A DNA stretch of 63,979 nt, the filler included, from Octopus bimaculoides (Eukaryota), in NCBI RefSeq assembly GCF_001194135.2. It is 7 parts of 6 records of this genome, joined end to end, with 100 filler letters (N's around TTAATTAATTAA, not from the genome) between each part and the next. Parts side by side here need not be neighbours in the genome. Positions count along the whole stretch, not along the records: positions 31,664 to 46,783 come from NC_068987.1; positions 46,884 to 55,049 come from NC_068986.1; 5 more parts are not named here. One strand, written 5' to 3'. The position numbers and the translations under genes were made by a program. A model generated the notes under the pieces. It searched no databases. It was not told the DNA's origin and saw nothing but the letters and a program-made list of their open reading frames with translations. Position 1 is the first letter of the stretch; the number at the start of each line of letters is the position of its first letter. Below are positions 38,232 to 52,254 of this stretch, piece by piece.

Positions 38232-41174
38232 TCTCTACCGTTTGACAACCAGTATTGGTTTGTTTACGTTGCTGGAACTTAGCAGTTCACCAAAACAAGC
38301 CGATAGAATAAGTACCAGATTGGTAAAAACAGCACAACAACTGAGGTTAGTCTGTTGGACTAAACTCTTCAAAAGCAGTGCTCCAGCTTGGCCACAGTCA
38401 AATGACTGAAACAAGTAAAAGGTATTTTGATCCAGAAAGTACTTTCTCGTTTAGTAATCATTCTGAAAGCAAAAATGATATTTAGGTATTCCACCATGCC
38501 CTCCCTGAAGGGCAGCGGTGGCCAGTTCCTCTGATATGAAAATATTTACCCAGTGTTGTGGGCCTTTCTGTAAACATCAGGGTTAAATAAATAAGCTGTC
38601 AGTCAAGACTGAATCTTAACTGTGATAGGAAATAGGATCTGTCACCTCTGCTTTTTGTGTCATGGCAGATGGCAACTACAATGAGCCAACTTCAGCAGCC
38701 TCTATATGGTCACAGAACCTGCTAGATATAGCAGCTGAATCTCTCTCAAATCATCCCCTACTATGAGTCAGCTTTGGAGTTTCTACATAGTTTGATCAAC
38801 CTACTAGAAATAACAGCCAAATATGTTATAAATTGCATTCTGCCATTGAAAATAAGGAAAGGACACATTAGATAATGGTCACAAGTGGAATGCCTTTGAT
38901 CATTAATCTGCTCGGTGTGGGCTTACTTGGGGTTAAACAATTACAAACAGCAGATATTTCGTTATTTCCAAGAATATTTGGTCAAAGCAATCATTCTGGG
39001 TTTGTTAGATTTTTGTAGACAGAAGGAAATGCAAAATTTTAAATAATTGCCAGTGCACGAGCAGAAGAGACACTTCAAAAACTTTTAAATAAATTTTAAA
39101 AATTAAAACCAAATTTTTGATGGTTCATTTCTTTTGCTTTTTTTTTTTTTTTTTTTCACATTCACAATTTAAAGGTAAATCAGACAAACAGAGAGAGATA
39201 ATTTATTCTCTCTCAGATCTGAATTAAAACATTTCTCAGTTTAAAATTCTAAAAGTAAATAGAAAAACTATTAGTTCGAAATATCTGAACAAGAAACATA
39301 CAGCAAAGATACTTTAGAGTAAGGTTTAATTGCCAATGTAAAGTGGCAGTCCTGATTAGGACAAATGTTACTGCTATTTAGCCCCAGGAAAACATTCATC
39401 CTATTCAGGACTGCCACTTCACTTTGGCAAATAAACTTTACTCTGATTGTAAAAATATTTCCATTCAATACATGTTAAATTGATTAATGGGGGGGGGGAG
39501 ATTTAATTTATTTAAGATATTCACATTCAACCTTTTAGCATTCGTTTTATTCTGTCGAATACAATACTTAATTATTCTCACTGTTTTCAATTAATCATGC
39601 ATTATGTTGTAACTTCAAGACCTCAATGATGTGATTGTATATTTTTAGAAGGACATTGTAAGGTAAGTATGAGAGGCTGGATCTGGCAGGTGTAAACATA
39701 AATAAAGGTCAAATATTTGGATCTGATATGGTTGGTTTAAATGCTAAAAAGGTCAAACCAAAACCTTATTCCTACGGCTTTTGGCTTGAATTTTCCTTCT
39801 AAAATTTTCCTTATTAAAATCCTCATTGCTCCCTAAGGAGCATAGGCTATCAAAGGGCCAAAATTAAAAATGATACAGCTTGCAGAAAATTTAGTGACTC
39901 TTTGTAACAGATAAAACAGCGATACAGGAACTCATTGGCTTGTTAATAAAAATATTCTGTAAACATGTGGAGAGGTAATAAAATCAATAACGAATTAAAA
40001 ATAGCAGTCTTGATCAATATTCTTTATCAATTTGTTTAGTTTTCTGATAGGAATTATCACAATAATTAAACTTTTCCAAGCTATTAACTCCATCGTTTTT
40101 GTTTCCAAAGGAGAGATTGGATGCTTCCTAATAGATGGAATAAAAGAATATCATTAAGCTCTAACGAAAGCGGAAATATCAAGATGAAGAATGATTGAAC
40201 ACATAAGGGAAGAGCATCTAAAATTACCATTAAAGATAAAAACTGGAAATTTGGAAAATTTCAAGAAGCAGCGATGCATTTAGCAAACCAATTTAGCATG
40301 GTTGCCATAACTGAAAAATTAAACTCAACTATTCTAAAACATAAATATTAACCGTTTGCACACTTTTTGGATTAAATATTCTGCTCAATGCCACAGATTT
40401 GCGTGCCAATTGTCTGACCTTAACCAGTTGAGCATGTCCCTTAGTAGATGATGATATGTGGGGAGCATCATAGCCATGTGTTGAGAGGAAGTCTTTGGGG
40501 TTTGGGTAATTCACCTCTGGAAACATGGGTGTTTCATTCAGCATCATTAAACAACCCTTATTCAGAGACCTTTTGAGCAGAATGGGCTACGCGACCTAAA
40601 AAAAATTCTAACTGGACCCCACCTGTGAGGTCATGCACTGTTTATCTTGATATGAGGTTACCATGTCATGCACATGTGGTTGTGATGCATGTGCCTGGTG
40701 TACCTTTATCAAACGGGTAGTCATGATGGGTATACTGGGATTCGTATATTTTACCCTAGTGTCGCTTTGATGGCATACACTGCTCTCTCACTTAATAATA
40801 ATAATGATAATCCTTTCCACTAATGGCACAAAGCTTGAAATTTGTGGGAAGGAGAACACTTGATCCAGTGTTACAATGGTACTTAATTTATTGACCCGAA
40901 AGGATGAAACAAAGTCGACCTCAGTGGAATTTGAATTCGGAACATATCGACATTGCAGAAAACAGACTTGTTAGGAACAGCAAGGATTCTAAGGTGGGCG
41001 TTAGAAAGTTGAAGGAGAAGGCATGACCCGAAGGACTTTTGGCCACTGGATATGGCTCACTCTTGATATAGTATCAGGATAATATGTTGCAGAGCAAAAG
41101 TCTCATGGAAAATATGATAATAATAATGATGAGGATGATGATAATAATGATGATGATGATGATGTTTTCCTTAC

Positions 41175-41244
41175 CTTTTTTCTCCAGCTGCATGTTAGAC
41201 GAAGAGATACTTTCAACATCCGTTGCATTGTGCATGGTTGGAGC
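41175..41244 (-). CDS. Exon of the same unidentified gene
   Basis: ttcttgtag|GCT...APTMHNATDVESISSSNMQLEKK G|gtaagg; phase 0 to 1, bridging the phases of the flanking exons. Confidence 0.7.
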
Positions 41245-41705
41245 CTACAAGAAATTATCAACAGAGAATTACAAGTAGTATATCTAGAGATGGTTGCTGT
41301 AAGTTTTCTAAAGGCCTGTTTGCTGGTTGGCTGGCTGGTTGGCTGGCTGGTTGGTTGGTTGGCTGGTTGGCTATCAAAACCTTACCACAACAAATAATCT
41401 TGTCGCAAAATAAGCTGTCAACTTTGAACAAAATACAAGCAAAAGTAAAAATAACAAACGAAGCAGATAGAGTCCACTGCAACAACAGCAGAAGACGTTC
41501 GGACAGAAGAGAAAGTGGTGAAGCAAGATAAAGAAGAAAGGAAAAAAAAGAAAAAGAGAAAGTTAAGTAACACTTAGGACCAGAAAGTGCAATAAAAGAA
41601 GTTGGAGAAGGTCACTAAAGCAACAACTTTCACAATCACCCAACCAATATCTACTCATGCTATTACATTAAAAAAAAGAAGAAAAAAAAATATATATATA
41701 AGCAT

Positions 41706-42260
41706 AGGAGTGGCTGTGTGGTAAGTAGCTTGCTTACCAACCACATGGTTCTGGGTTCAGTCCCATTGTGTGGCACCTTGGGCAAGTGTCTTTTACTATA
41801 CCTTCTGGCTGACCAAAGCCTTGTGAGTGGATTTGGTAGAAGGAAACTGAAAGAAGCCTACTGTGTGTGTATATAATATGTTGTGGCTGTGTAGTAAGTA
41901 GCTTGCTTACCAGCCACATGGTCTTGGGTTCAGTCCCACTGCATGGCACCTTGGGCAAGTGTCTTCTACTATAGCCTCAGGCTGATCAAAGCATTGTGAG
42001 TGGATTTGGTAGAGAGAAACTGAAAGAAGCCCGTCGTATATATGTATGTGTGTGTGTATGTGTCTATGTTTGTCTCCTCCCCAGCATCACTTGACATCCG
42101 ATGTTGGTGTATTTATGTCCTCGTAACTTAGCGGTCCAGCAAGTACTAGAATAAGTACTAGGCTTTCAAAGAATAAGTCCTGGGGGGGCGATTTGCTTGA
42201 CTAAAAGGCGGTGCTCCAGCATGACCACAGTCAAATGACTGAAACAAAGAAAAGAATAAA
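41706..42260 (+). mobile_element. Two adjacent tRNA-derived SINEs (family A)
   Basis: tggctgtgtggtaag...gggttcagtccc...gaaactgaaagaagccc; copies also at about 49357-49752 and 59545-60125 (+), and 43225-43392, 31780-32110, 34560-34810 and 24090-24430 (-). Confidence 0.85.
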
Positions 42261-43839
42261 AGAAAAAAGCCTAGACTTAAGAAAGTTAAAAGTAACAAAA
42301 ATAGAACTTTGCATTCATCACCATCATCATTTAATGTCCACTTTTTCTGGCTTGCATGGGTCTGATAGAATTTGGTGAGGTAGAGTTTCTACAGCTGGAT
42401 GCCCTACCTGTTGCTAACCCTTAGCTGTTTCCAAGCAAGGTAATATTTCCCCCATGGCCGAACATGTTTTTCACAGAGGACAGGAAACGAAGAACATGCT
42501 TGTTTGCAACTATCTTGTGATGTCAAAACAAGGGTACACATACACACACCCACGACAGGCTTCTTTCAGTTTCCACTAACCAAATCCACTCGCAAGGCTC
42601 CAGTCAACTCAGGGCTATAGCAGAAGATGTTCACAGCCAAATAACATTTGAACAAAATATTTGTTAAAACAGGGGCGAAAAATGGTAAGTGGAACAACAA
42701 AATTGATTTAAAAAATAAGTAGAGAACATTCTAAGCAATTTGGATTGAAGCTCACAACTGTCAGAAATATCTATTAATGCCATTGTGCAGAGATTTTGGC
42801 TATAAATCAAAATTGTAAAAAAGTCTGAGGCCTAATGGGATTTAAATGCTTTTAAAATCACAAGCTTTCTCAAGTTTTTTATCTTATTTTTATATATATA
42901 CACTTTCAATTTCTGCCAACAGTTCAAAAGTTAAAACAGTTTACAATTTCAGCAATATACATTCATCATCGTTTTGATGTCCACTTTTATTATATGCTTG
43001 CACGGATCAGACAGAATTTGCTGAGATAGATTCTCTATGGCTCGGTGCCCTTACTGTCACCAACTCTCGTCTGTTTCCAAGTGAGGTTATATTTTACCCA
43101 TGACTGGACATGTTTTCATGGAAGATTGAAAACAAAGGATATACCTTGCATGACAGTGACACTAATTTGAACTGTCACATGATGTCAAGGCATCACTTAA
43201 GGGTAACACACACAAACACATGCATACACACACAACAGGTATCTTTCAGTTTCTGTCTACCAAATCCACTCACAAGGCTTTATTTGGTCCGAGGCTATGG
43301 CAGAAGACACTTGCCCAAGGTGCCACTCAGTGGGACTGAACCCGGAACCATGTGGTTAGTAAGAAAGCTACTTACCACACAGCCACTCCTGAAACTTTAA
43401 AGCTTATAAACAATCACCATGTATTGACTAAATAAAATAGTCACGCATTGGGACATATAAGCCCTCACACACACCCACACACACGTGTATGTATGTGGGT
43501 AGGTGTGCATGTGTGTGGGCGTGCATGTGTGTGGGTGTGCATGTGTGTGGGTGTGCATGTGTGGGTGGGTGTGGGTGTGCATGTGTGGGTGGGTGTGGGT
43601 GAGTATGTGCCTATGGGTGTGTATGTATGGGTGTGGATGCATGTGTGGGGGTGTAAAATAAACTAAAAGCAACAATAGTAATGTAAACATCATCATCAAT
43701 CACACACACACTTTATAGATGTTGCTTGATTGTTGTATTTGCTGCAGGATAATGCTTACAGAAAACTCCCTAACAACACTACTTGTCTCACCTGGTTTGT
43801 AGCTTTCAGGTATGTGGTGTTGATAACCCACAATATTCT

Positions 43840-44490
43840 TTTCTACTCTAGGCACAAGGCCCGAAATTTTGGGGGAGGGGGGCCAGTCAATTAGAAACTG
43901 TACGAAACTGGTACTTAATTTAAGCCCTGAAAGGATGAAAGGCAATGCTGACGTTGGTGGAATTTGAACTCAGAACGTAAAGACAGACAAACTACCGCTA
44001 AGCACTTTTGCCCAGTGTGTGTCAACATTTGTGCCAACTCACAGCCTTTTTCCAACAACTATATTCTTCTGTACTTTAGGCACAAGGCTCAAAATTTGAG
44101 GGGAGGGGACCAGTCAATTAGATTGACCCCAGTACAAAACTGCCTTTCATACTTTCGGGGTTGATAAATTAAGTACCAAAGTCGAACCTAGCAGAATTTG
44201 AACTCAGAACATAAAGACATGAAATACCGCTAAGCATTTTGCCCAGCGTGCTAATGTTTCTCTTAGCTCGCCACCTTAATAAACCATAATAATGGTGAAA
44301 TACTAGTATCCACCACTCTTGGTCCAATCCAAGGCAACTTGTCATGCCTGGTCTATAGCTTTCAAATTTTGACACAAGGCCTGCAATCTCAGCAATTACC
44401 TCACTCCAAATGCTCAACTGGTACCTCGAAAGGATGAAAGGCAAAGTCAACTCCAGCAGCATTTGAACTTAGAACATAAAGACAGATGAA
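43840..44490 (-). mobile_element. Three tandem family-B SINEs
   Basis: Same unit; further copies at about 25765-26165, 46390-46597, 58288-58497 (-) and 52517-52722 (+). Confidence 0.85.
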
Positions 44491-44544
44491 AGGATTATTG
44501 ACAAACAAGCAAGTAAGCCACAAGTACTGATGAATAATACTTAC

Positions 44545-46243
44545 TTGAAATCCATTGAGGTTCACGTGTGAAGTGGGATATTTTTCATAATTATATTCAT
44601 CAAAATTTCCAGAAGAGCTTCGTGGTAATATCCCATCCAATTCTGAACGTGAACTTGAATAAGCAAAGGACTGTCTGGCATTTAAGTTGGCATATTCTGA
44701 AACAGGTGGTTTAGTTACACCAAATTCTGAATCATTAGAATGTTCTAGAGTTTTCACTGAAAGTTCCTGAAAAGAGCGTGTTGGGAAAGAAGTGTCATGT
44801 GATGTGCCCTTATAATCATAGAGAATTTTATCTGCATCATTGTCTGGAATATCTTGATCTAGAAGGTTTGCTGGTTCAGTGGAAGATGGTTTATTATAAT
44901 AATCAGAGGGCATCTGTTTCCATTTGTCCCCATCAGAAGTGACAGGTCCTTCATTAGGCAATTTTTCAAAATGGTCATTATCATCATCATCATCATCAGA
45001 GTACTGAGAAAATGTTAGCGAAATGTTTTGATAATTTGGTGAATAATTTTTAGGAAAAGTTTTAGAGAAAGATGGATGTTTCCGTAGTTCGTTCATGTGC
45101 ATATTTTGTAATAACTGCAATGATGTTTGTTTGGGCACATCTGATAGAGATCGACGAACTGGAACACTAATGGAGTTTGGTCGATCACTCAATAAGGCAT
45201 CAGATTTATATAAATCTTCGAGATTTCCTGTTGATCTTCGCTGAATTGCTGCATATTCAGGATGTGGATTCTGGCTCGACGTATTGTAAGCCAAGTCACT
45301 TTCAATGCTTAGCTTTGACAAATCCGTTTGAGCACCATACATGTCTTTAGAATAAGGAGCTACAGGATTGGTTGGCAGCATTGCACTGTGATTTTGACTC
45401 AAATTGCTCTGGGGTGAGTCTACAACATCTGTAAAATACAAATCTGCATCTTTATTATTTGAATAAGTGAAACTGTTATGGGATTCTGTGAGTGGAGAAA
45501 AAGACTCTTGGTTTGATTGCTTTTGTATTACAGCATAATTAATTTCTTTGGGGTAAGTGTCTGTTGAGAGTTGGGAATGTGTGGGGGAGTGTGGAGGATG
45601 TGGAAAAGATTGAGGAGAATTACTAGAACTGTTATTAATCCTGTTATCTGTTGAAGAGAAATCTATTGTTCGATAAATAGTGTTACTGATATTATTATTA
45701 TTTGTTCCTTTAAACGATGTTGGAGAATGGTGAGAGTCATCTAGATAGGGACTTCCTCGTAGGTAGCCATTTTGACTAGCGTTAAAGCCTAATGATGACT
45801 GAGATTCAGTGTCCCGAGGAATTTGTTCTGGTGGTCTGTTTGAATATTGGTAAGTTAAAGATGAAGATGATGCTCTCTGATAAGGAGCATCAAGGAAATA
45901 ACTGGCTGGCTGAGGCTGAGGGATGCTGTCGCTATAACTTCTGTTAATTCCATAAGAACCAGCAGAAGAATAGGAAGATCTGTTGTGAGGAAGATGTTCA
46001 GAAGTGGGGTTCTGTTCCTGGTATATGTATGAAGACCTTTGACTTGATGGTACAGAGTGATTTAGAGGGAATAAATGAGGTGTGGCATATCCATTATTGT
46101 TAGGGTTGTGTAAGGAATGATGGCCATTGCTAAAATCTTGAACAGGGCTTTCTACAGTGTAATACTCTGGCTGTTGCTCACTTCTTGTCACCGATCCATT
46201 ATATTCAGTCGTAAAACTTTGATTTCTGAAAGATTCTTTAAGC
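44545..46243 (-). CDS. Large internal exon (1699 nt) of an unidentified gene; S/N/Q/Y/P-rich, predicted disordered
   Basis: Stop-free for about 566 codons in AT-rich DNA. Acceptor ttaatctttag, donor CAA|gtaagt; phase 2 to 0. Upstream exons lie outside this scaffold piece. Confidence 0.85.
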
Positions 46244-46783
46244 CTAAAGATTAAGAAAATGAAAAACAAAATATATAATATAGAATTACCAAAGGCTTAA
46301 TTTACAAAAAACAGGGAAATATAGCTTTCATGAAGGAAAAAAAAAAATTTACACAAAGCTCAGCAAATATAGTCCAGATATTTCTTCAGGATTTTGGCAC
46401 AAATCTAGTAATTTTTAGGGGTAGGGGGTAAGTTGATTACATCAACCCCAATGTTCAACTGGTACTTATTTTATTGACCCTGAAAGGATAAAAGGCGAAG
46501 TCAACTTTAGTGGAATTTGAACTCAGAACGTAAAGTCAGATGAAATGTCGCTAAGCATTTTGCCCACTGCACTAATGATTCTACTAGCTTGGCACCTCAC
46601 AACAATTCTAATATTAATGTCCCAACATGACTGATATTCACAAGCAACCAAAGGAATCTTTAGGCGATTGTTCAAGCAACTGAATACAGTAGTCTAAATC
46701 CCAACTCAAATCATACACCCCAAAAGGATACAAGGCTATTTGACACAGGCTAATTGGCACAGGCTATATTCGGCACAGGCTAT

Positions 46784-46883
46784 NNNNNNNNNNNNNNNNN
46801 NNNNNNNNNNNNNNNNNNNNNNNNNNNTTAATTAATTAANNNNNNNNNNNNNNNNNNNNNNNNNNNNNNNNNNNNNNNNNNNN
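46784..46883. other. Artificial scaffold-joining spacer
   Basis: N44-TTAATTAATTAA-N44. Confidence 0.95.
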
Positions 46884-47453
46884 CTATATATATATATGCG
46901 TACACACATTCCTACTACATCTGCGTACGCATACCAGAACTCACTGACGCACACCCACCCACACCCACTCATTCACACAGCCTTCAGACTGCCTCTCAAA
47001 CACCCTGCAAACCACCCCGACTCACATCTACGCACACGTATAAAAACACACATGTACACCCATGCACTGCTACAACCACCCAAATATACACACCTGTCAC
47101 CATAGCTGCTGATCTCTCACTACGAAATTAACAAACACATACAGACCACCCACACAAACAAACACATGTAAACACCTAATACCACACACAGAGTTACCAC
47201 CACAGGAACACATACTACCACACGCACACACATACTTAGTTATTGCCACACGCACAGAAGCTAGCATACACACACTATATCACACACACACTATATCACA
47301 CACGCACAGATACCAACCACTCTTCACACTCTCCCGAAAGTACTTTTCGTTTGTCTATCTGCTTCCGGCCATTCCAAAATGTTAATACACGTGGACTGTT
47401 GGCGATCTTTTCCTTTCCGTCTTCATCTTATTTTGGACTTTCCTTTGTCTCCA

Positions 47454-47488
47454 GTTTCCGAAGAAGAGTTTTGCTCGAAACATAAAAC
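47454..47488 (+). ncRNA. Degenerate hammerhead-like motif (AGAGC..GCUC family)
   Basis: GUUU CCGAAGA A GAGU-UUU-GCUC GAAAC AUA AAAC. Confidence 0.45.
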
Positions 47489-49175
47489 AACCACTCTTTC
47501 TTTCCTTCTCTGAGCGTCTCATTAATACTTTGCATGTACTACGTCCTTGCGTTGTTGTTTTTTCCTGTTGTCTTTCTTCTCCGTCATTTAATTATACCCG
47601 TGTGTGTGTATGTATGCATGTATGTATGTATATATGAATGTGTGTGTGTGTGCGTGTGTGGGTAGGTACAGGCGTGACTGTGTGGTGGTAAGAAGATTGT
47701 TTCCCAATCACATGGTTCTAGACCGACCAAAGCCTGTCAGTGAATTTGGTAGAACCCCGTCATACATATGAATGTGTGTGCATGTATGTGTGTGTCTATG
47801 TATGTGTGTACATAACTGTATGAATGTATGTATGTATGGGAATGCGCCTGTCTCTTTGCTTCAATGTGTTGTGTAAGTCTATAACCTGCTCCGTACATTT
47901 GCATGATTTTACGCGTCTCAAATCTCCGGTGTTATATTCATGTGTTTGTATGCTTTGACGTAATTTCTATCAGAAAATAAATCGTAATTATATTTTCAAT
48001 AAAATACTGTTTTAATTAAACTTTTTTGGTCCCATGGTAATTCCACTAGAATCTTTACCTTTTCATCACAATTAAATCACTGTAAAGCGAATAAATAGCT
48101 AAAATACAAGAATGAGTGTAAAAGACCGCTGTAACTACTATCACTACCATCTCCGCCATGTTTCATCACAATGACCACAAAAAGACTTCGTCACAAGCCG
48201 ACAACAACAAACGTGCACATCGCTACCACAACCACGTCTGCTATGATTGATAATAGAGAAACAAACGCCATCAAAGCCGCTACCATCTCCACAATTTATC
48301 AAACCCTATCACCAAAATAGTTTTAAAACGAAATACTATGACTAACAATATTACCGGCGTCTCTGTTTTTCTCTCGTTTATGTGACGTTATTTTACTATT
48401 CAGATACCCACTCTCTCGCTCTTATTTTTACTAGTGCATGACCCGTTGTTTTATGCCAGATCAAAATACATATTAATTTTTAACTGCTTTTGTATTAGAA
48501 TTTTTTTTTTATTTCTATAGACAACATACAATAGAGAAGATATTCTGGCAATCAAACGATGTCAGTGTATACAATATTTTGTGCGAATTTAATTTATTCA
48601 TAATTGGGATATTTACGAGATACTCTTGTACATGTTCATTCAGACAAACTGTTCAATAATGAAATTTATTTTAAAATGGCTGTGAGAAAATAATCATTGA
48701 AATATTTTTGGAAATGATGGAATTGAGGAAACCGAAGTGGATAGTGTCTGTGTGTCGTCCAGGTTACTTGGGTATCGGGTGAGAGATGGAGGAAAACAGT
48801 ATTAGATAAATTGGTAGGTTGATGGACAGATACATACATAGCATTTTTTTTATTGCAAAGAAAATTACGTATTAAAATTTAACAGGACAAAACGAATAAT
48901 TATTCGTAAAGTTTTGATAAAGTTTTGACATTTAAAGAATGGAAATGCATCATTTTATTTCCATTTTTGTGACAGACTTCCTTTCAGAATAGAAAAAATA
49001 ATTTACCTAGGAAAGCAGTAGCTAATATGTCTTTAACGACATATAAAGAAATATATATGCCTGTGTATATACTATACATACATACAGGCATACATGAATG
49101 CATATATATATGTAACCACGTGTGTATCGTTGGTGATTTTCTTCCTCTCTCTTCCCTTCTTTCAGATTTACCTCT

Positions 49176-49210
49176 ATTTCTAAAGAAGAGCATTGCTCGA
49201 AACGTAAAAT
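49176..49210 (+). ncRNA. Degenerate hammerhead-like motif (AGAGC..GCUC family)
   Basis: AUUU CUAAAGA A GAGC-AUU-GCUC GAAAC GUA AAAU. Confidence 0.5.
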
Positions 49211-49307
49211 CCTCTTTCTTTCCTTTCCCGAGCGTCTAATAGTACAGTACTTGTACCACGTCCTCGTGTTGTAGTTTTTTCTTGTTTGGTCTTCTTTGTT
49301 TGGATTC

Positions 49308-49353
<46 letters not shown>

Positions 49354-50272
49354 CATACTGGCTGTGTGGTGAGTAGCTTGCTTACAACCACACGGTTCTG
49401 GGTTCTGTGCCACTGTGTGGCACCTTGGTCAAGTGTCTTCTACTATAGCCTCAAGCCGACCAAAGCCTTCTGAGATGATTTGGTAGACGGAGACTGAAAG
49501 AAGCCCGTTGTATATGTATATTTATATATATGTATATGTGTGTATGTCTTTGCCGTCCCCCACCCCAACATCGCTTGACAACCGATGCTAGTGTGTTTCC
49601 GTCCCCGTCAGCTAGCTGTTCGGCAAGAGAGGCCGATAGAATAAGTACTAGGCTTACAAAGAATACGTCCTGGAGGCGATTTGCTACACTAAAGGCGGTG
49701 CTCCAGCATGGCCGCACTCAAATGACTGAAAGAAATAAAAGAATGAAAGAATAAAATTATATATATATATATATATATNNNNNNNNNNNNNNNNNNNNNN
49801 NNNNNNNNNNNNNNNNNNNNNNNNNNNNNNNNNNNNNNNNNNNNNNNNNNNNNNNNNNNNNNNNNNNNNNNNNNNNNNNNNNNNNNNNNNNNNNNNNNNN
49901 NNNNNNNNNNNNNNNNNNNNNNNNNNNNNNNNNNNNNNNNNNNNNNNNNNNNNNNNNNNNNNNNNNNNNNNNNNNNNNNNNNNNNNNNNNNNNNNNNNNN
50001 NNNNNNNNNNNNNNNNNNNNNNNNNNNNNNNNNNNNNNNNNNNNNNNNNNNNNNNNNNNNNNNNNNNNNNNNNNNNNNNNACAGAAGAAGAACAGAGCGA
50101 GAGAGATATGGAGTTTATTGTCTGAGGAAATGAAATAGAAATAGAAATGGTGATAGAATGCTGCCGCTGCATCGTCGCATGTTTTCGTAAAAGTTCCTCT
50201 TCAAATGAAACTGAACCGGACAGTGACAGCGGTAGTGAGTCGTCTAAGTTGCACACACACACAAACACACAC

Positions 50273-50315
<43 letters not shown>

Positions 50316-50546
50316 GAAACCCACTTACAAGTGCAACCGCACACACACACGCACATACACAAACATGCACACATACACAGACACAGAAATACAGACACAC
50401 ACACACACGTGCAAGCAGACACACACACGTGCAAACAGACACACATCAACAAACACACACACACACACATACACACACATGCCTACATACATACACACAT
50501 ACATACATACACACATACACACACACACAAACACACACACATACTT

Positions 50547-50582
<36 letters not shown>

Positions 50583-51254
50583 ACGTACAAAAACACACAC
50601 ATAGAGGGAGAGAGGAAAAGGGGTGAGTTGTGAACCGTAGCGGAAGATTTTTACTGACAGATCTCTGAAAAACTTTAATAATTTTCTTCCAAGTTTTTCT
50701 CTCGTCTCTTTTAGATTTCCGTTTTTGTTTAACCTTTCTGTCGTTCTGTCTGTCTGTTTCTCTCTCTCTTTCTCCCTCTATTTGCAAATGCTAATAAACC
50801 CGTTGATTCCATTTCTTTATTCCATCCTTTATAGTCTGTTTCTCTGTTCCACATTGATCCCTTATTTTAACCTTTGAATCCTCTTTCCCATCACCAATGT
50901 CTCTACAGTATTCCTTTGCAAAGATTAGCACCAACGCATTTCTACTTACACTATATCTCCCACTTAAAATTAATGATTGTACATATGAATAATGAAGAGT
51001 GATTCGGATGCGTAATATGTAAACAATACACTGATAAACAAGTTCTTAATATCTTCATAGAAAGAAACTGGATATATGTCATATCATAGCATTATCTGAG
51101 AAAATGATTGGCACTGTGGATAATTGGGTTTGATGTTTGTGGTGGTTGTAAGAATATAATTAACACGACAGCAAAAACTTTAATATATCTGCTGGGTTAG
51201 AAATGACCTTGGGTCATGACACTCACAACCAATAACACGCACATATATGTGAAA

Positions 51255-51285
<31 letters not shown>

Positions 51286-52059
51286 TCGATTGAAATATAT
51301 ACATATATACATATGCATATACGCAGAGACGTACATATGAATATGTATGTGTATGTGTATAAATATAAATACAATAGATGCACAGGCATATAGCATATAT
51401 ACATACATGTACATACACTCGCTAATATGTGTATATAGATATATATTTATATACATAGACATACATATGTATGTGTATGAATATATATTTAGCTACGAAT
51501 ATATACACACATGCACATCTATTTTGATGTATGTGTACAATACACACGTACACACATACATGCATATATACATAGATATATATGTATGTGTTTGTATATG
51601 TATGTTTGCGTGTATGTACGTTGTGCAGGAATGTTTCTACAGGAATCTGTCTGCGTTCTACAGACATATGTAGACACCATTACTGGAGACTACATTCAAT
51701 AACTTCGTTTCATACAATTGTTTCGGGCTTTGAACATTTCTAACTGAAACGTGTTTTTTCAGTATGAAATGACGTGACAAAATTTTGAAACGTGCAATTT
51801 ATCAGAAATCCTCGAGATTTATTTCAAAATTCTTCAATAGAATTTTGGTAGAATTCAGACAACACGTATTTCACACCATCCTCGCAAATCAACATCGTAA
51901 CAGTTCATACAGTTCATATTCTATGTAAATACCATGCAAGAAATGGAGCAGAATACTTAGCTGATGTTCGACACCAGTCACTAAATCCACAAAATCCGTG
52001 AGAATACTTTAATGTGGAGCAAAAGCGCAATCGGATATAAAAATCCTTCACCATATCGC

Positions 52060-52254
52060 GGTTCACCTATCGCGGTTTATTAAGCTTACATCGATCTTCC
52101 CTGGTGTTGTTTTGGCATTTATAATATAATAAATATATACAAATTATAAAAATATAAAAAAATATGCAGAACGGTACTGTTTCTACTTCGCGGATTTTCA
52201 CCTATCGCGGTGGGGTTTTGGAACGTAACGCCCGCGGTAGTCGAGGGATTACTG
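52060..52254. mobile_element. pogo/Tigger-like non-autonomous element end
   Basis: CpG-rich ...tcgagggattactg|TA terminus with internal tatcgcgg repeats. Confidence 0.55.

Noticed and set aside
41188-41298. Plus-strand 111-nt open frame with ag/gtaagt ends overlapping the 41175-41244 exon
   Set aside because: No partner plus-strand exons; the minus-strand exon already explains the sequence and its phases.
41706-41790. Functional tRNA genes at SINE heads
   Set aside because: A- and B-boxes are present, but there is no complete cloverleaf and each head continues into a SINE body.
51708-51769. Minus-strand GAAACAAUUGUA with upstream CUGAAAA
   Set aside because: Core G8 is lost, and stem I register and stem II are poor; at best a very old hammerhead relic.
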